Source of the DNA: Bacilli bacterium
GTDB lineage: Bacteria > Bacillota_I > Bacilli_A > RFN20 > CAG-826
Direction of reading: 5' to 3'
Length of the DNA: 64,000 bases
Assembly: GCA_049419605.1 (NCBI GenBank)
Contig: JBMSKF010000005.1
Coordinates: 58-64,057, forward strand
Shown: in pieces, positions 37,231 through 47,332 of the stretch
Numbering within the stretch: position 1 is the first letter of the stretch
Layout: each line of letters begins with the position of its first letter
The notes under the pieces: generated by a model
What the model was told of the DNA's origin: nothing
The model's input: only the letters and a program-made list of their open reading frames with translations
The model's database searches: none
Position numbers and translations under genes: made by a program

Positions 37231-38448
37231 ATGGATTACCAAGCACTCTTAAACCAATACATCGATTTAGAAAAGAAACGCCAAGATGAAGGATTAGAAC
37301 TGATCGCATCAGAAAACTATACCTCTTCTCAAGTAATGGGGATTCAAGGCTCCATTCTCACCAATAAATATGCTGAAGGCTTCCCAGGTAAACGTTACTA
37401 TGGTGGATGTGTTCATGTTGATAAAATTGAACAACTTGCGATTGATTTAGCTTGCCAACTTTATGCTTGTAAGTTCGCTAACGTCCAACCCCATTCTGGA
37501 TCAAGTGCCAACTTTATCGTGTATAGTGCCCTTTTAAAACCTGGCGATAAAATCATGTCTTTAGGCTTAAATGAAGGCGGCCATTTGACGCATGGTAGTA
37601 GTGTGAACTTCTCTGGTAAACTTTATCAATTTATTCATTATGGTTTAAAAGCAGACGGTAAGATTGATTATGCTGGGATGCAAGCACTTGCTCGAAAAGA
37701 AAAACCTAAACTCATCGTTGCAGGTTTCTCTTCCTATCCATACTTAACCGATTATGAAGTATTTTCTAATGTAGCGAAGGAAATTGGTGCAATTTTTATG
37801 GTTGATATGGCACACATTTCAGGCTTAGTCGCGGCTGGCGTTCATCCTTCTCCATTCCCATATGCTGATGTGGTGACCTCCACAACGCATAAAACCATTC
37901 GGGGTCCACGGGGTGGCATGATCCTTTCGAATAACGAAGAATATATGAAAAAGATAAATTCAGCGACCTTCCCTGGCGCACAAGGTGGACCTTTGGTTCA
38001 CGTCATTGGAGGCAAAGCGCAAGCGTTCGCAGAAGCTTTAGAACCTAGTTTTAAAGAATACGCAAAACAAATATTAAAAAATACAAAAGCTTGCGCAGAT
38101 GAATTTGCTAAATTAGGGGCAAAAGTATCTGGAACTGAAACCCATTTATTTTTAGTCGATACTAAATCTAGTTTTGGTTTAACAGGATACGATAGCCAAG
38201 TAAAGTTAGATGAAATCGGTGTGACCTTAAATAAAAATATGTTGCCGAATGATCAAGAAAAACCTCAAATTACTTCTGGTGTGCGAATTGGTTTTGCTGC
38301 TTTAACCACTCGAGGTGCTACCGAAGAAATTGCTAGAGACATCGCAAGATTAATTTATCGTTATCTAAAAGGTGAGATTCAAAAAGAACTTGCGGAATCG
38401 ATAGTGAAACGAACGGTTAGTTTACTAAAACCTATTCACAGCATTTAA
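37231..38448 (+). CDS. glyA: Serine hydroxymethyltransferase
   Basis: ELIASENYTS, and TSTTHKTIRGPRGG containing the PLP-binding Lys. Confidence 0.95.
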   Translation: MDYQALLNQYIDLEKKRQDEGLELIASENYTSSQVMGIQGSILTNKYAEGFPGKRYYGGCVHVDKIEQLAIDLACQLYACKFANVQPHSGSSANFIVYSALLKPGDKIMSLGLNEGGHLTHGSSVNFSGKLYQFIHYGLKADGKIDYAGMQALARKEKPKLIVAGFSSYPYLTDYEVFSNVAKEIGAIFMVDMAHISGLVAAGVHPSPFPYADVVTSTTHKTIRGPRGGMILSNNEEYMKKINSATFPGAQGGPLVHVIGGKAQAFAEALEPSFKEYAKQILKNTKACADEFAKLGAKVSGTETHLFLVDTKSSFGLTGYDSQVKLDEIGVTLNKNMLPNDQEKPQITSGVRIGFAALTTRGATEEIARDIARLIYRYLKGEIQKELAESIVKRTVSLLKPIHSI

Positions 38449-38451
38449 TCT

Positions 38452-40275
38452 ATGAATAAATTACCACGGTGGTTCAAAGTTGGTCTTTACCTCACCGCGG
38501 ATTTTTTTGCGATTTTATCGGTTGGATTTTTAATTCTGTTTTCTAGAGATTTATCTTTAGCCATAACATCATCATTTATTCTGACCTTAACAACATATGC
38601 TTTGTTATTAATCTTCATTCTAAACTTATTTAAAGTTTATGCGATGATTACAATATATTTTGGCCTTATTGATTCATTTAAAATTGGTCTAACTACCATC
38701 CTATTTAACTTGGTGTTTTTGGTTTATGTATTAATCCGTGAAATTCCTTTTTCAATTCTTGAAGCCGTATTTGTTTTAATCAGTGTTCCCGCTTTACTCA
38801 TTGGTTTAAGAGTGGCGAGAAGGACTTTAGCGATTTTATTAGGTTATCAACAATCGAATCGAAAGAATTTAACTCGTACATTGATTATTGGTGCTGGTGC
38901 CGCTGCCAAAATTGTCATCGATGAACTAAGAACCAATCGATCATTAAATGCCACTCCAGTCGTGGTTGTCGATGATGACCCACAAAAATGGAAACGTAAA
39001 TTTCTCAATCTTCAAGTCGAAGGTCCCATCACATCATTACCAACGCTAATTGAAAAATATAAAGTAAGCCAAGTTATTATTGGGATTGGTAACATCTCTC
39101 GTTCTCGACTATTTGAAATTTTAAGAATCATGGAAAAATCCAATGTTAAGATTCGCCGTTTACCTTTAATGGAAGAATTAGAAAAAGACGGCCAACAAAT
39201 GAAAGTGAAAGACGTTGATGTGAACGAATTACTTGGCCGTGATGTGGTACCACTTATTAATGATGAAATTAAAAATTTCATCAAAGACCAAGTAGTGTTG
39301 ATTACCGGTGCGGGTGGCTCTATCGGTAGTGAATTAACCAGACAAATCTTTACCTATCAACCCAAAGCAGTTGTCTTGTTTGATATTTATGAAAACGGTG
39401 TTTATGATGTTCAACAAGAATTAGTTCGGATGAATCAAAAACTTCAAAATCAGATTCCGATTCATGTTCAAATTGGTGCAACGTACAATTTTGAAAGGTT
39501 AGAACAAATATATAAAACTTACAAACCAAATTTAGTATTCCATGCGGCCGCATACAAACATGTTCCTTTAATGCAAGATTCTCCCCAAGAAGCAATTCGT
39601 ACCAATGTTCTAGGAACTTATAATGTTGCCAAACTATCGCAAATGTACCAAATCAAAAAAATGGTTTTGGTTTCTACGGACAAAGCAGTTCGTTCAACGA
39701 ACGTGATGGGGGCAACAAAATACTACGCAGAAACGATTATGCGTCATTTTGCCAAACAAAAAACTGGAACATCCTATGCTGCAGTTCGTTTTGGGAATGT
39801 GCTGGCTAGTAATGGAAGTGTGATTCCTTTGTTTAAAAAACAAATTGAAAAAGGCGGTCCTGTGACTGTAACCGATCGCAATATCACTCGTTTTTTTATG
39901 ACTATCCCCGAGGCAGTAGGTTTAATTCTGCAAAGTGGTGTTTACGCTCAAGACGGAGAAATTTTTGTCCTTGATATGGGTAAGCCAGTAAAAATTTTAG
40001 ATTTAGCTGAAAAGATGATTCGGCAATCCGGTTACATCCCTTATGATGAAATTAAAATTGAATTTACAGGATTAAGACCAGGTGAAAAGATGTATGAAGA
40101 ATTGTTGCTTGATCCTAAAACTACCATTAAAACGAAGAGCGAGAAAATATTTATTGACCGAACTGAACAGATTGGTTTTAATGAAGAGGGTTATCAACGC
40201 TTATTAAAGTTAGCGTTAAATAATAGTGAATTGGTTACTAATGAACTTTTTCAACAGTTAAACCTAAAGGGGTAA
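38452..40275 (+). CDS. capD: Membrane-bound polysaccharide biosynthesis protein, CapD/PglF-type UDP-GlcNAc 4,6-dehydratase
   Basis: Four N-terminal TM segments, two Rossmann regions (IIGAGAAA; ITGAGGSIGSEL), and a YxxxK (MGATKYYAE). Confidence 0.85.
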   Translation: MNKLPRWFKVGLYLTADFFAILSVGFLILFSRDLSLAITSSFILTLTTYALLLIFILNLFKVYAMITIYFGLIDSFKIGLTTILFNLVFLVYVLIREIPFSILEAVFVLISVPALLIGLRVARRTLAILLGYQQSNRKNLTRTLIIGAGAAAKIVIDELRTNRSLNATPVVVVDDDPQKWKRKFLNLQVEGPITSLPTLIEKYKVSQVIIGIGNISRSRLFEILRIMEKSNVKIRRLPLMEELEKDGQQMKVKDVDVNELLGRDVVPLINDEIKNFIKDQVVLITGAGGSIGSELTRQIFTYQPKAVVLFDIYENGVYDVQQELVRMNQKLQNQIPIHVQIGATYNFERLEQIYKTYKPNLVFHAAAYKHVPLMQDSPQEAIRTNVLGTYNVAKLSQMYQIKKMVLVSTDKAVRSTNVMGATKYYAETIMRHFAKQKTGTSYAAVRFGNVLASNGSVIPLFKKQIEKGGPVTVTDRNITRFFMTIPEAVGLILQSGVYAQDGEIFVLDMGKPVKILDLAEKMIRQSGYIPYDEIKIEFTGLRPGEKMYEELLLDPKTTIKTKSEKIFIDRTEQIGFNEEGYQRLLKLALNNSELVTNELFQQLNLKG

Positions 40276-40279
40276 ATAT

Positions 40280-41305
40280 ATGGATATATTTGCAGGAAAG
40301 ACTCTATTAATTACAGGTGGAACAGGTTCCTTCGGGAATGCAGTGATGAAAAGATTTTTAAGTACATCAATTAAAGAGATTAGAATTTTTTCAAGAGACG
40401 AAAAAAAACAAGAAGATATGAGGCGCTTTTATAAGAATCCTAAAATTAAATTTTATATTGGTGATGTAAGACAAGAAGGAAGTATTGCTGATGCTATGGT
40501 TGGTGTAGATTATGTTTTCCACGCCGCGGCATTAAAACAGGTTCCTTCATGTGAATTTTTTCCAATCGAGGCTGTGAAGACCAATGTATTAGGGACAGAA
40601 AATGTATTGAATGCAGCAATTCATGCCGGGGTTAAAAAAGTAATTTGTTTATCTACAGATAAGGCAGTCTATCCAATTAACGCGATGGGAATTTCTAAAG
40701 CGATGATGGAGAAAGTTTTCATCGCAAAAGCGAGAACAATCGACCCGTCTAAGACATTAATTTGTGGCACGCGTTACGGAAATGTCATGGCCTCAAGAGG
40801 TTCTGTTATTCCATTATTTATCGATCAAATTAAATCAGGTTTACCATTAAGTGTGACCGATCCAAATATGACACGTTTTTTGATGTCACTTGAAGAGGCA
40901 GTTGAACTCGTATTGCATTCTTTTGTTCATGGAAAACAAGGTGACATTATGGTGCAAAAATCACCTGCTAGTACCGTTGAGGACTTAGCGAAAGCTTTAA
41001 TTGAACTCTTTGGTGGCAAGAATAAAATTCAAGTCATCGGGACTCGTCACGGCGAGAAACTATATGAAACGCTTCTAACAAAAGAAGAATTTGCAGTAAG
41101 TGAAGATATGGGAAACTATTATCGTATTCCTGCTGACAACCGGGATTTAAATTATGATGTTTATGTTTCATCGGGTTCGCCAAAACTATCTTCATTAACA
41201 GAATATAATTCTCATAATACGAAGCGCTTAAATATTCAAGAAATTAAACAAAAGCTAATACAACTTGAAGAAGTAAAGGAAGCCTTATCGGGATGGAAAA
41301 AATAG
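40280..41305 (+). CDS. capE: UDP-N-acetylglucosamine 4,6-dehydratase/5-epimerase (CapE/FnlA type)
   Basis: KTLLITGGTGSFGNAVMKRFL...IRIFSRDEKKQEDMRR closely parallels S. aureus CapE / FnlA. Confidence 0.9.
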   Translation: MDIFAGKTLLITGGTGSFGNAVMKRFLSTSIKEIRIFSRDEKKQEDMRRFYKNPKIKFYIGDVRQEGSIADAMVGVDYVFHAAALKQVPSCEFFPIEAVKTNVLGTENVLNAAIHAGVKKVICLSTDKAVYPINAMGISKAMMEKVFIAKARTIDPSKTLICGTRYGNVMASRGSVIPLFIDQIKSGLPLSVTDPNMTRFLMSLEEAVELVLHSFVHGKQGDIMVQKSPASTVEDLAKALIELFGGKNKIQVIGTRHGEKLYETLLTKEEFAVSEDMGNYYRIPADNRDLNYDVYVSSGSPKLSSLTEYNSHNTKRLNIQEIKQKLIQLEEVKEALSGWKK

Positions 41306-42423
41306 ATCCTATTCTTATCACAGGTGCAAAAGGTTTTATCGGTAAAAATCTTTCTGCATCTTTAAAAGGATTAGGTTATCAACGATTACTTTTGGTTGAT
41401 AAAGAAACGCCTAATGATGTGTATGAACGTTATGTTAAAGAGGCAAAGTTCATATTTCATTTGGCTGGTATTAATCGGCCCAATGACCCTAATGAATTTA
41501 TTGAAGGCAATGTGTATAGTGTTTCAAAACTTATTAATTTTATTCAATCAAGTCACTCAAAAGCACCGATTGTAGTTTCTTCATCCATTCAAGCGATTGC
41601 AGATAATCCTTATGGGAAAAGCAAATTAGCTGGAGAAGATTTATTAATTTCATTTTCTAAGCTTCATCACCACCCAATCTACATTTACCGGTTTTCAAAT
41701 GTTTTTGGAAAATGGTCAAGACCAAATTACAATTCTGTTGTAGCAACCTTTTGTTATAACGTTTCTAGAAATTTGCCGATCAAAATCAATGATGAACATG
41801 CAAAAGTTTCTTTAATTTATATTGATGATGTAGTGAATGAATTGATTCGGTGTTTAGAGGGCAAGGTTGAAACGATTGACGGGATTCTTAGAGTTTTACC
41901 TGAATATGAAATAACCGTAGGGCAACTAGCAAAAACGATTCAAGGTTTTGCTCTATCAAGATCAACTTTAATCTTGCCAAACCAACAAAACCCACTTCAC
42001 AAAAAACTTTACGCAACCTACTTGAGTTACTTGGATGAAAAACAATTTTCATTTGAGATTAAATCCCACTTGGATCAAAGGGGTTCCTTTACTGAACTAT
42101 TCAAAACATTCGAGCAAGGTCAAATATCTGTCAATGTCAGTAAACCAGGCATCACCAAAGGTAATCACTATCACAACACTAAAAATGAAAAGTTTATTGT
42201 GGTAAGTGGTGAAGCATTGATACGTTTTCGCAAAGTTGGTGAAACAAATATTATCGAATATAAAGTAAGTGGCAAAACTATACAAGTTGTAGATATACCA
42301 CCTGGATATACCCATAGTATTGTGAATTTAGGCAAAGAGGATTTGGTCACGATTATGTGGGCTTCTGAAATCTTTGATCCTTTGAATCCAGATACATATC
42401 CCATGGAGGTTGATATAAAATGA
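41293..42423 (+). CDS. capF: CapF/FnlB-type bifunctional epimerase/reductase (SDR N-domain plus cupin C-domain)
   Basis: ILITGAKGFIGKNL Rossmann motif. The C-terminal cupin-like region has GNHYHNTKNEKF. 376 aa, which is typical of CapF. Confidence 0.8.
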   Translation: MEKIDPILITGAKGFIGKNLSASLKGLGYQRLLLVDKETPNDVYERYVKEAKFIFHLAGINRPNDPNEFIEGNVYSVSKLINFIQSSHSKAPIVVSSSIQAIADNPYGKSKLAGEDLLISFSKLHHHPIYIYRFSNVFGKWSRPNYNSVVATFCYNVSRNLPIKINDEHAKVSLIYIDDVVNELIRCLEGKVETIDGILRVLPEYEITVGQLAKTIQGFALSRSTLILPNQQNPLHKKLYATYLSYLDEKQFSFEIKSHLDQRGSFTELFKTFEQGQISVNVSKPGITKGNHYHNTKNEKFIVVSGEALIRFRKVGETNIIEYKVSGKTIQVVDIPPGYTHSIVNLGKEDLVTIMWASEIFDPLNPDTYPMEVDIK

Positions 42424-43538
42424 AAAAGCTAAAAGTGATGACGGTTGTAGGTACACGTCCGGAAATTATACGATTATCAGAAGTGATCAAGGCGATTGAT
42501 CGCGCTTCAAATGTGTTTGAACAAACGCTTGTCCACACTGGTCAAAACTATGATTATGAATTAAATGAAATCTTTTTTGAAGATTTAGGACTTCGTAAGC
42601 CAAATGTATTTCTTGCAGCAGCAGGGGAAACCGCTTTATCAACTATTGGTAACATCTTAATCAAAATTGAAAAGGTGCTTGACGAGGTAAAACCAGATAT
42701 ATTTTTAGTTTTAGGCGATACCAATTCGGCTTTGTGCGCAATAGCAGCAAAAAGAAAAAAAGTTCCCGTTTTTCATATGGAAGCAGGTAATCGTTCATTT
42801 GATGAAAGGGTACCTGAAGAATTAAATCGTAAAATTGTTGATCACATTGCCGATATCAATTTACCTTACTCCACCATCTCTAGACAATATCTCTTACATG
42901 AAGGCTTACCAGCTGATCGAATCATTAAAACAGGTTCTCCAATGAAGGAAGTTATTGATAATAATCTCAAGAAAATTAATGCCTCAGTTATTTTAAAGGA
43001 ATTAAATATTCAAAAGAATGCTTATTTTGTTGTCTCTGCACATCGTGAAGAAAACATCAATGATGAAGCACATTTTGCAAATTTAATTGCCACATTAAAT
43101 ATGCTTGCAAAAGATTATCAACTTCCAATTATTGTGTCCACCCATCCAAGAACCAAAAAGATGATTGATGCAAAAGCGGTCAAGGTTGATCCGCTTGTTA
43201 GATTACTAAAACCATTAAAATTCTCAGACTATGTCCATTTACAGATGAATGCAAAAATAGTTTTATCTGATTCAGGAACTATCAATGAAGAAACTTCGAT
43301 TCTAGGATTAAAAGCTCTAAACATTAGGGATGCTCATGAAAGACCAGAAGCGATGGAAGAAGCGAGTACGCCAATGGTAGGTTTAAATCCAATGAAAGTT
43401 AAACAAGGTATTGAATTAATTGAATCAACTTTAAATCAAACCATTCTTCCTGTTCAAGACTATTCAGTTATCAATGTTTCAAATAAAGTAATTCGCATTT
43501 TACTATCTTATTTTAATTATCAAATTCCAAAGAAGTAA
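42420..43538 (+). CDS. capG: UDP-N-acetylglucosamine 2-epimerase, non-hydrolysing (CapG/FnlC type)
   Basis: MTVVGTRPEIIRL, VLGDTNS, and HMEAGNRSFDERVPEE motifs. Confidence 0.9.
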   Translation: MKKLKVMTVVGTRPEIIRLSEVIKAIDRASNVFEQTLVHTGQNYDYELNEIFFEDLGLRKPNVFLAAAGETALSTIGNILIKIEKVLDEVKPDIFLVLGDTNSALCAIAAKRKKVPVFHMEAGNRSFDERVPEELNRKIVDHIADINLPYSTISRQYLLHEGLPADRIIKTGSPMKEVIDNNLKKINASVILKELNIQKNAYFVVSAHREENINDEAHFANLIATLNMLAKDYQLPIIVSTHPRTKKMIDAKAVKVDPLVRLLKPLKFSDYVHLQMNAKIVLSDSGTINEETSILGLKALNIRDAHERPEAMEEASTPMVGLNPMKVKQGIELIESTLNQTILPVQDYSVINVSNKVIRILLSYFNYQIPKK

Positions 43539-43540
43539 GA

Positions 43541-43569
43541 TTGCTTTTTTAACCATTTAAGCGTAAGAT
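43541..43569 (+). promoter_or_regulatory. Sigma-70-type promoter of copA-copZ
   Basis: TTGCTT (43541-46), a 17-nt spacer, then TAAGAT (43564-69). Confidence 0.45.
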
Positions 43570-43573
43570 AAAG

Positions 43574-43596
43574 ATACCCCCCTATAGGAGGGGTAT
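43574..43596 (+). promoter_or_regulatory. CsoR-type operator-like inverted repeat overlapping the copA RBS
   Basis: ATACCCC-cctatagga-GGGGTAT is a GC-cored pseudopalindrome immediately downstream of the -10. The AGGAGG RBS is embedded in it. Confidence 0.5.
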
Positions 43597-43603
43597 TAAA
43601 TCT

Positions 43604-45820
43604 ATGGAAAAGCAACAATTTCAAATTGAAGGAATGACGTGTGCAACTTGCCAAGTCACCGTGCAACGAGCCGTTGCTCAAATTCAAGGTGTTAAGCAAG
43701 TCAACGTTAATTTAATCACCCATGCCATGCAGGTTGAATTTGAACCTACCGTAAAAATTCAATCCATTATTAAAGAAGTAGAAGAAGCTGGATATGGTGC
43801 TAAAGTCATAAGCAAAGATCAACCAGAACAATTTAGAAAACAACAAAAGATTACTCGAAGTTTAATGAAGAAACGTCTTATTATTTCTTTTTCACTTTTA
43901 TTGCCATTATTTTATATTTCCATGGGGATGATGGTGGGCTTACCACTATTTTCTTTTTTAGATTTAACATATGTTAATCTTTCGATTCAATGGGTTTTAA
44001 CGATCCCAATTATTGTTGTGAATTACCGTTATTTTTCCGTTGGTATAAAACGATTATTCAAAGGCGATCCAAACATGGACACCTTGGTTGCCATTGGCAC
44101 TGGTGCAGCGATTTTATATGGATTTTACATTACCGTGATTTCATTTTATGGCGAATGGATTCAAAACATGGATTTAAGTATGATTTGGATGAATCAGTTG
44201 TATTTAGAATCTGCTGCTACCATTCTTTCTTTAGTCACTTTAGGAAAATACTTAGAAGAAATTTCTAAACAAAAAACCTTAGGGGCTTTAGAAAAGCTAA
44301 TGGATTTAAAACCAAAAAAAGCTTGGAAAAAAATCAATGGTGACACTGTTGAAGTCTTAGTCAGTGATCTTCATATCGGAGATGTAGTGGTGGTTAGACC
44401 TGGAGAACTCATTCCTGTGGATGGGGTGATTCAATCTGGTGATACGATGGTGAATCAAGCGTCGATTACAGGTGAGTCTTTACCCGTTCATAAACAAACC
44501 GGGGATCAAGTTATTGCCGCGACGCTTAACCAATTGGGTGCAATCGAAGTGGAAGTTAAATTTCTTGGTGATGATACCACGATAGCTAAGATCATTCGTT
44601 TGGTGGAAGAAGCAAGTCAAACCAAAGCGCCCCTTGCTAAACTCGCAGATGAAATTTCACGAATCTTCGTGCCGATTGTTTTAGCAATTGCTTTCTCAGC
44701 ATTTCTTATCTGGTTACTCCTTGGTGAATCCATTGAATTTGCCTTACAAATCATGATTGCGATTTTAGTCATTTCTTGCCCATGTGCATTGGGTTTAGCA
44801 ACCCCGGTGACAATGATGGTAGGCGCTGGCAAAGGTGCTGAATTAGGGATTCTTATTAAATCTGCAGAAGCGATGGAAAAGTTACACACGATTGATACCG
44901 TGGTCATGGATAAAACCGGAACGATTACTCAAGGTAAACCTGTCGTTGTCGATTTGATCATTCAAAAAGGTTACGCCCTTGAATCTATCAAACAGATTGC
45001 TGCTTCTATTGAATATCATTCTGAACATCCGCTTGGCAAAGCCATCGTAGATGCTTATGAAGATCAACTATTAACGGTCACCGATTTTGTTTATGTTCCG
45101 GGGATGGGTGTGCGCGGCAAAATCAATAATGAAACTTATCGCCTAACAAAAGTTAGCCATCTTACAGATGATTTAAATAAAATCCTTGCTACCGGAAAAA
45201 CGATCATTGAATTGAATGGTCCTCAGGGTCTTATGGCACACTTCGTCATCGCGGATGCGGTCAAACCTTCTAGTATCGAAGCGATTCACGCATTGAAAAA
45301 ACTTGGAAAAAAATTAGTGATGCTAACTGGGGATTTAAAACCTGTCGCTCAAAGTATTGCAAACGACGTCGGTATCACTGAAGTTGTGGCTGAAGTCTTG
45401 CCACAAGATAAAGATGCAGTGATTGCCGATTTGCAAAAACAAGGTCGCAAGGTAGTGATGGTGGGTGATGGTATTAATGATGCCCCTTCCTTGATGAGGG
45501 CAGATGTTGGGATGGCGATTGGAGCCGGTACTGATATTGCGATTGACGCTGCTGACATTGTTCTTTTACAATCCGATCTAAGACAAGTGGTTTATGCATT
45601 TGATCTTTCAAAAAGTGTTGTAAAAAATATGAAAACCAATCTATTTTGGGCTTTTTTCTATAATTTGATTGCCATTCCCTTAGCCGCGGGGGTTTTGTTC
45701 CCATTTTATGGTTGGCTATTATCCCCGATGATTGCCGCCCTTGCGATGGCGTTTTCCTCAGTTTCGGTTGTCCTTAATGCACTTCGATTACGAAGCTTTA
45801 GGGCAAATATAGTAAGATAA
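43604..45820 (+). CDS. copA: Copper-translocating P1B-type ATPase
   Basis: N-terminal GMTCATC metal-binding domain. CPC in TM6, plus DKTGTIT, GDGINDAP and SEHPL motifs. Confidence 0.95.
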   Translation: MEKQQFQIEGMTCATCQVTVQRAVAQIQGVKQVNVNLITHAMQVEFEPTVKIQSIIKEVEEAGYGAKVISKDQPEQFRKQQKITRSLMKKRLIISFSLLLPLFYISMGMMVGLPLFSFLDLTYVNLSIQWVLTIPIIVVNYRYFSVGIKRLFKGDPNMDTLVAIGTGAAILYGFYITVISFYGEWIQNMDLSMIWMNQLYLESAATILSLVTLGKYLEEISKQKTLGALEKLMDLKPKKAWKKINGDTVEVLVSDLHIGDVVVVRPGELIPVDGVIQSGDTMVNQASITGESLPVHKQTGDQVIAATLNQLGAIEVEVKFLGDDTTIAKIIRLVEEASQTKAPLAKLADEISRIFVPIVLAIAFSAFLIWLLLGESIEFALQIMIAILVISCPCALGLATPVTMMVGAGKGAELGILIKSAEAMEKLHTIDTVVMDKTGTITQGKPVVVDLIIQKGYALESIKQIAASIEYHSEHPLGKAIVDAYEDQLLTVTDFVYVPGMGVRGKINNETYRLTKVSHLTDDLNKILATGKTIIELNGPQGLMAHFVIADAVKPSSIEAIHALKKLGKKLVMLTGDLKPVAQSIANDVGITEVVAEVLPQDKDAVIADLQKQGRKVVMVGDGINDAPSLMRADVGMAIGAGTDIAIDAADIVLLQSDLRQVVYAFDLSKSVVKNMKTNLFWAFFYNLIAIPLAAGVLFPFYGWLLSPMIAALAMAFSSVSVVLNALRLRSFRANIVR

Positions 45821-45836
45821 GAAAGGAGTATCGAAT

Positions 45837-46052
45837 ATGGCACAAATCAAAACCTTAAAAGTTGGTGGGATGACTTGCATGCATTGCGCTGCAAAAGTGA
45901 CCACGGCACTGAAGCAAGTTCCAGGTGTGAGTAACGTCAAAGTGAATCTCATGTCGGAAGAAGCAGAAGTGATGTTACAAGGTGCTGTCACGGACGATGC
46001 TTTTAAAAAAGCGGTTGTCGGTGCTGGTTACCAGTTTCTCGGCAGCAAATAG
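45837..46052 (+). CDS. copZ: Copper chaperone (HMA domain)
   Basis: 71 aa with the GMTCMHC motif. Located directly downstream of copA. Confidence 0.9.
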   Translation: MAQIKTLKVGGMTCMHCAAKVTTALKQVPGVSNVKVNLMSEEAEVMLQGAVTDDAFKKAVVGAGYQFLGSK

Positions 46053-46067
46053 AAAGTAGGGTTCCGT

Positions 46068-47273
46068 ATGGAACAACCTCTCATCTCCTTGCGAGCAGAT
46101 GCTTATCCTGCTTCGCCTATTCGTAAATTATTACCTTATGCCAAAGCTGCAGAAGCAGCAGGTCATAAGGTTTTTTATTTAAATATTGGTGAGCCTGATT
46201 TACCTACGCCTTCGGTATTTATTGATACGATGAGACGATATCAAGCCCACCATATCGCCTATGCACCTTCTCAAGGTCATCCCACTTTATTAAAAGCTAT
46301 CCAAACCTACTTTGCGAAAGATGGCTATCATTTTGATTTACAAGATCTACAAGTGACCCAAGGGGCAACCGATGCCTTATTATTTTCTTTTTATGTGATC
46401 TGTAACCCTGGTGATGAAATCTTAACACCTGAACCTTTTTATCCTAATTACTTAGCGTTTACCAAGCAATTGGATATCAAACTTGTTGGTATTCCTACCT
46501 TTGCAGAAACCGGTTATGCGATTCCTTCGATGGATGTGATTGAAAAAAGAATTACAACCAAAACCAAAGCCATTCTCATCGCAAATCCAAGTAATCCTTC
46601 AGGTAGAGTCTATCGTGATGAGGAATTACAAAGATTGATGACATTAGCAAAGAAATATAACCTTTGGCTTATTGGTGATGAGTTATACCGTAAATTAACC
46701 TTTGCCAAACATCAAGCGATTTCTTTAGCCCATTACCAAGATATCCAAGAACGCTCCATCATTGTTGATAGTGTTTCGAAACGTTACTCTGCTTGTGGTG
46801 CAAGGATTGGTTGCCTACTGAGCAAAAATAAGTTGTTCATGCAAAAAATTCATCGTCTAGGTCAATCGCGTTTAGGGGTATCTTTATTAGATCAAATTGG
46901 TGCAAGTGAACTTTATCAGCTTCCAGAAAGTCATATCCAATGGACACGTGATCAATATTTTGCCCGGATTGCCATGGTGATTGAAAAGTTAAAAACGAAT
47001 CCTGCAATTCAATTTGTGGTGCCGGAAGGTGCTTTCTACATGATGTTACAAGTGCCCGTCAAAGATGCTGAAGCTTTTGCGTTATGGCTAATTCAAGATT
47101 TTAGTTATCAAGGTCAACGATTATTAGTCACACCTGGAAAAGATTTTTATGTCGATGCAACTCGAGGTAAACAAGAAATTCGGATTGCCTTTGTATTAGA
47201 ACCCAAGGCGATGGCAACCGCGATGGATATTCTTTTAGCTGGATTAAAAAGCTATCAATCCTTAGGCCGGTAA
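46068..47273 (+). CDS. Class I/II pyridoxal-phosphate aminotransferase (aspartate/aromatic type)
   Basis: NPSNPSG, and SVSKRYSACGARIG containing the PLP-binding Lys. Confidence 0.85.
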   Translation: MEQPLISLRADAYPASPIRKLLPYAKAAEAAGHKVFYLNIGEPDLPTPSVFIDTMRRYQAHHIAYAPSQGHPTLLKAIQTYFAKDGYHFDLQDLQVTQGATDALLFSFYVICNPGDEILTPEPFYPNYLAFTKQLDIKLVGIPTFAETGYAIPSMDVIEKRITTKTKAILIANPSNPSGRVYRDEELQRLMTLAKKYNLWLIGDELYRKLTFAKHQAISLAHYQDIQERSIIVDSVSKRYSACGARIGCLLSKNKLFMQKIHRLGQSRLGVSLLDQIGASELYQLPESHIQWTRDQYFARIAMVIEKLKTNPAIQFVVPEGAFYMMLQVPVKDAEAFALWLIQDFSYQGQRLLVTPGKDFYVDATRGKQEIRIAFVLEPKAMATAMDILLAGLKSYQSLGR

Positions 47274-47332
47274 TTGCTTTTCATATTAGCATGTGCGGTC
47301 GTATAGTATAATTTTTTCAACGGTTATCACAA

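Noticed and set aside
43539-43603. CopY-type cop box (TACAnnTGTA) upstream of copA.
   Set aside because: That motif is not present. The only dyad is the GC-cored ATACCCC/GGGGTAT repeat, which favours a CsoR-type site.
47274-47332. Possible tmRNA (ssrA) next to smpB, and a possible THF riboswitch upstream of the folT-like gene (49017..49032).
   Set aside because: The gaps are 59 nt and 16 nt, too short for either RNA. No tRNA-like acceptor or T-arm sequence is present.
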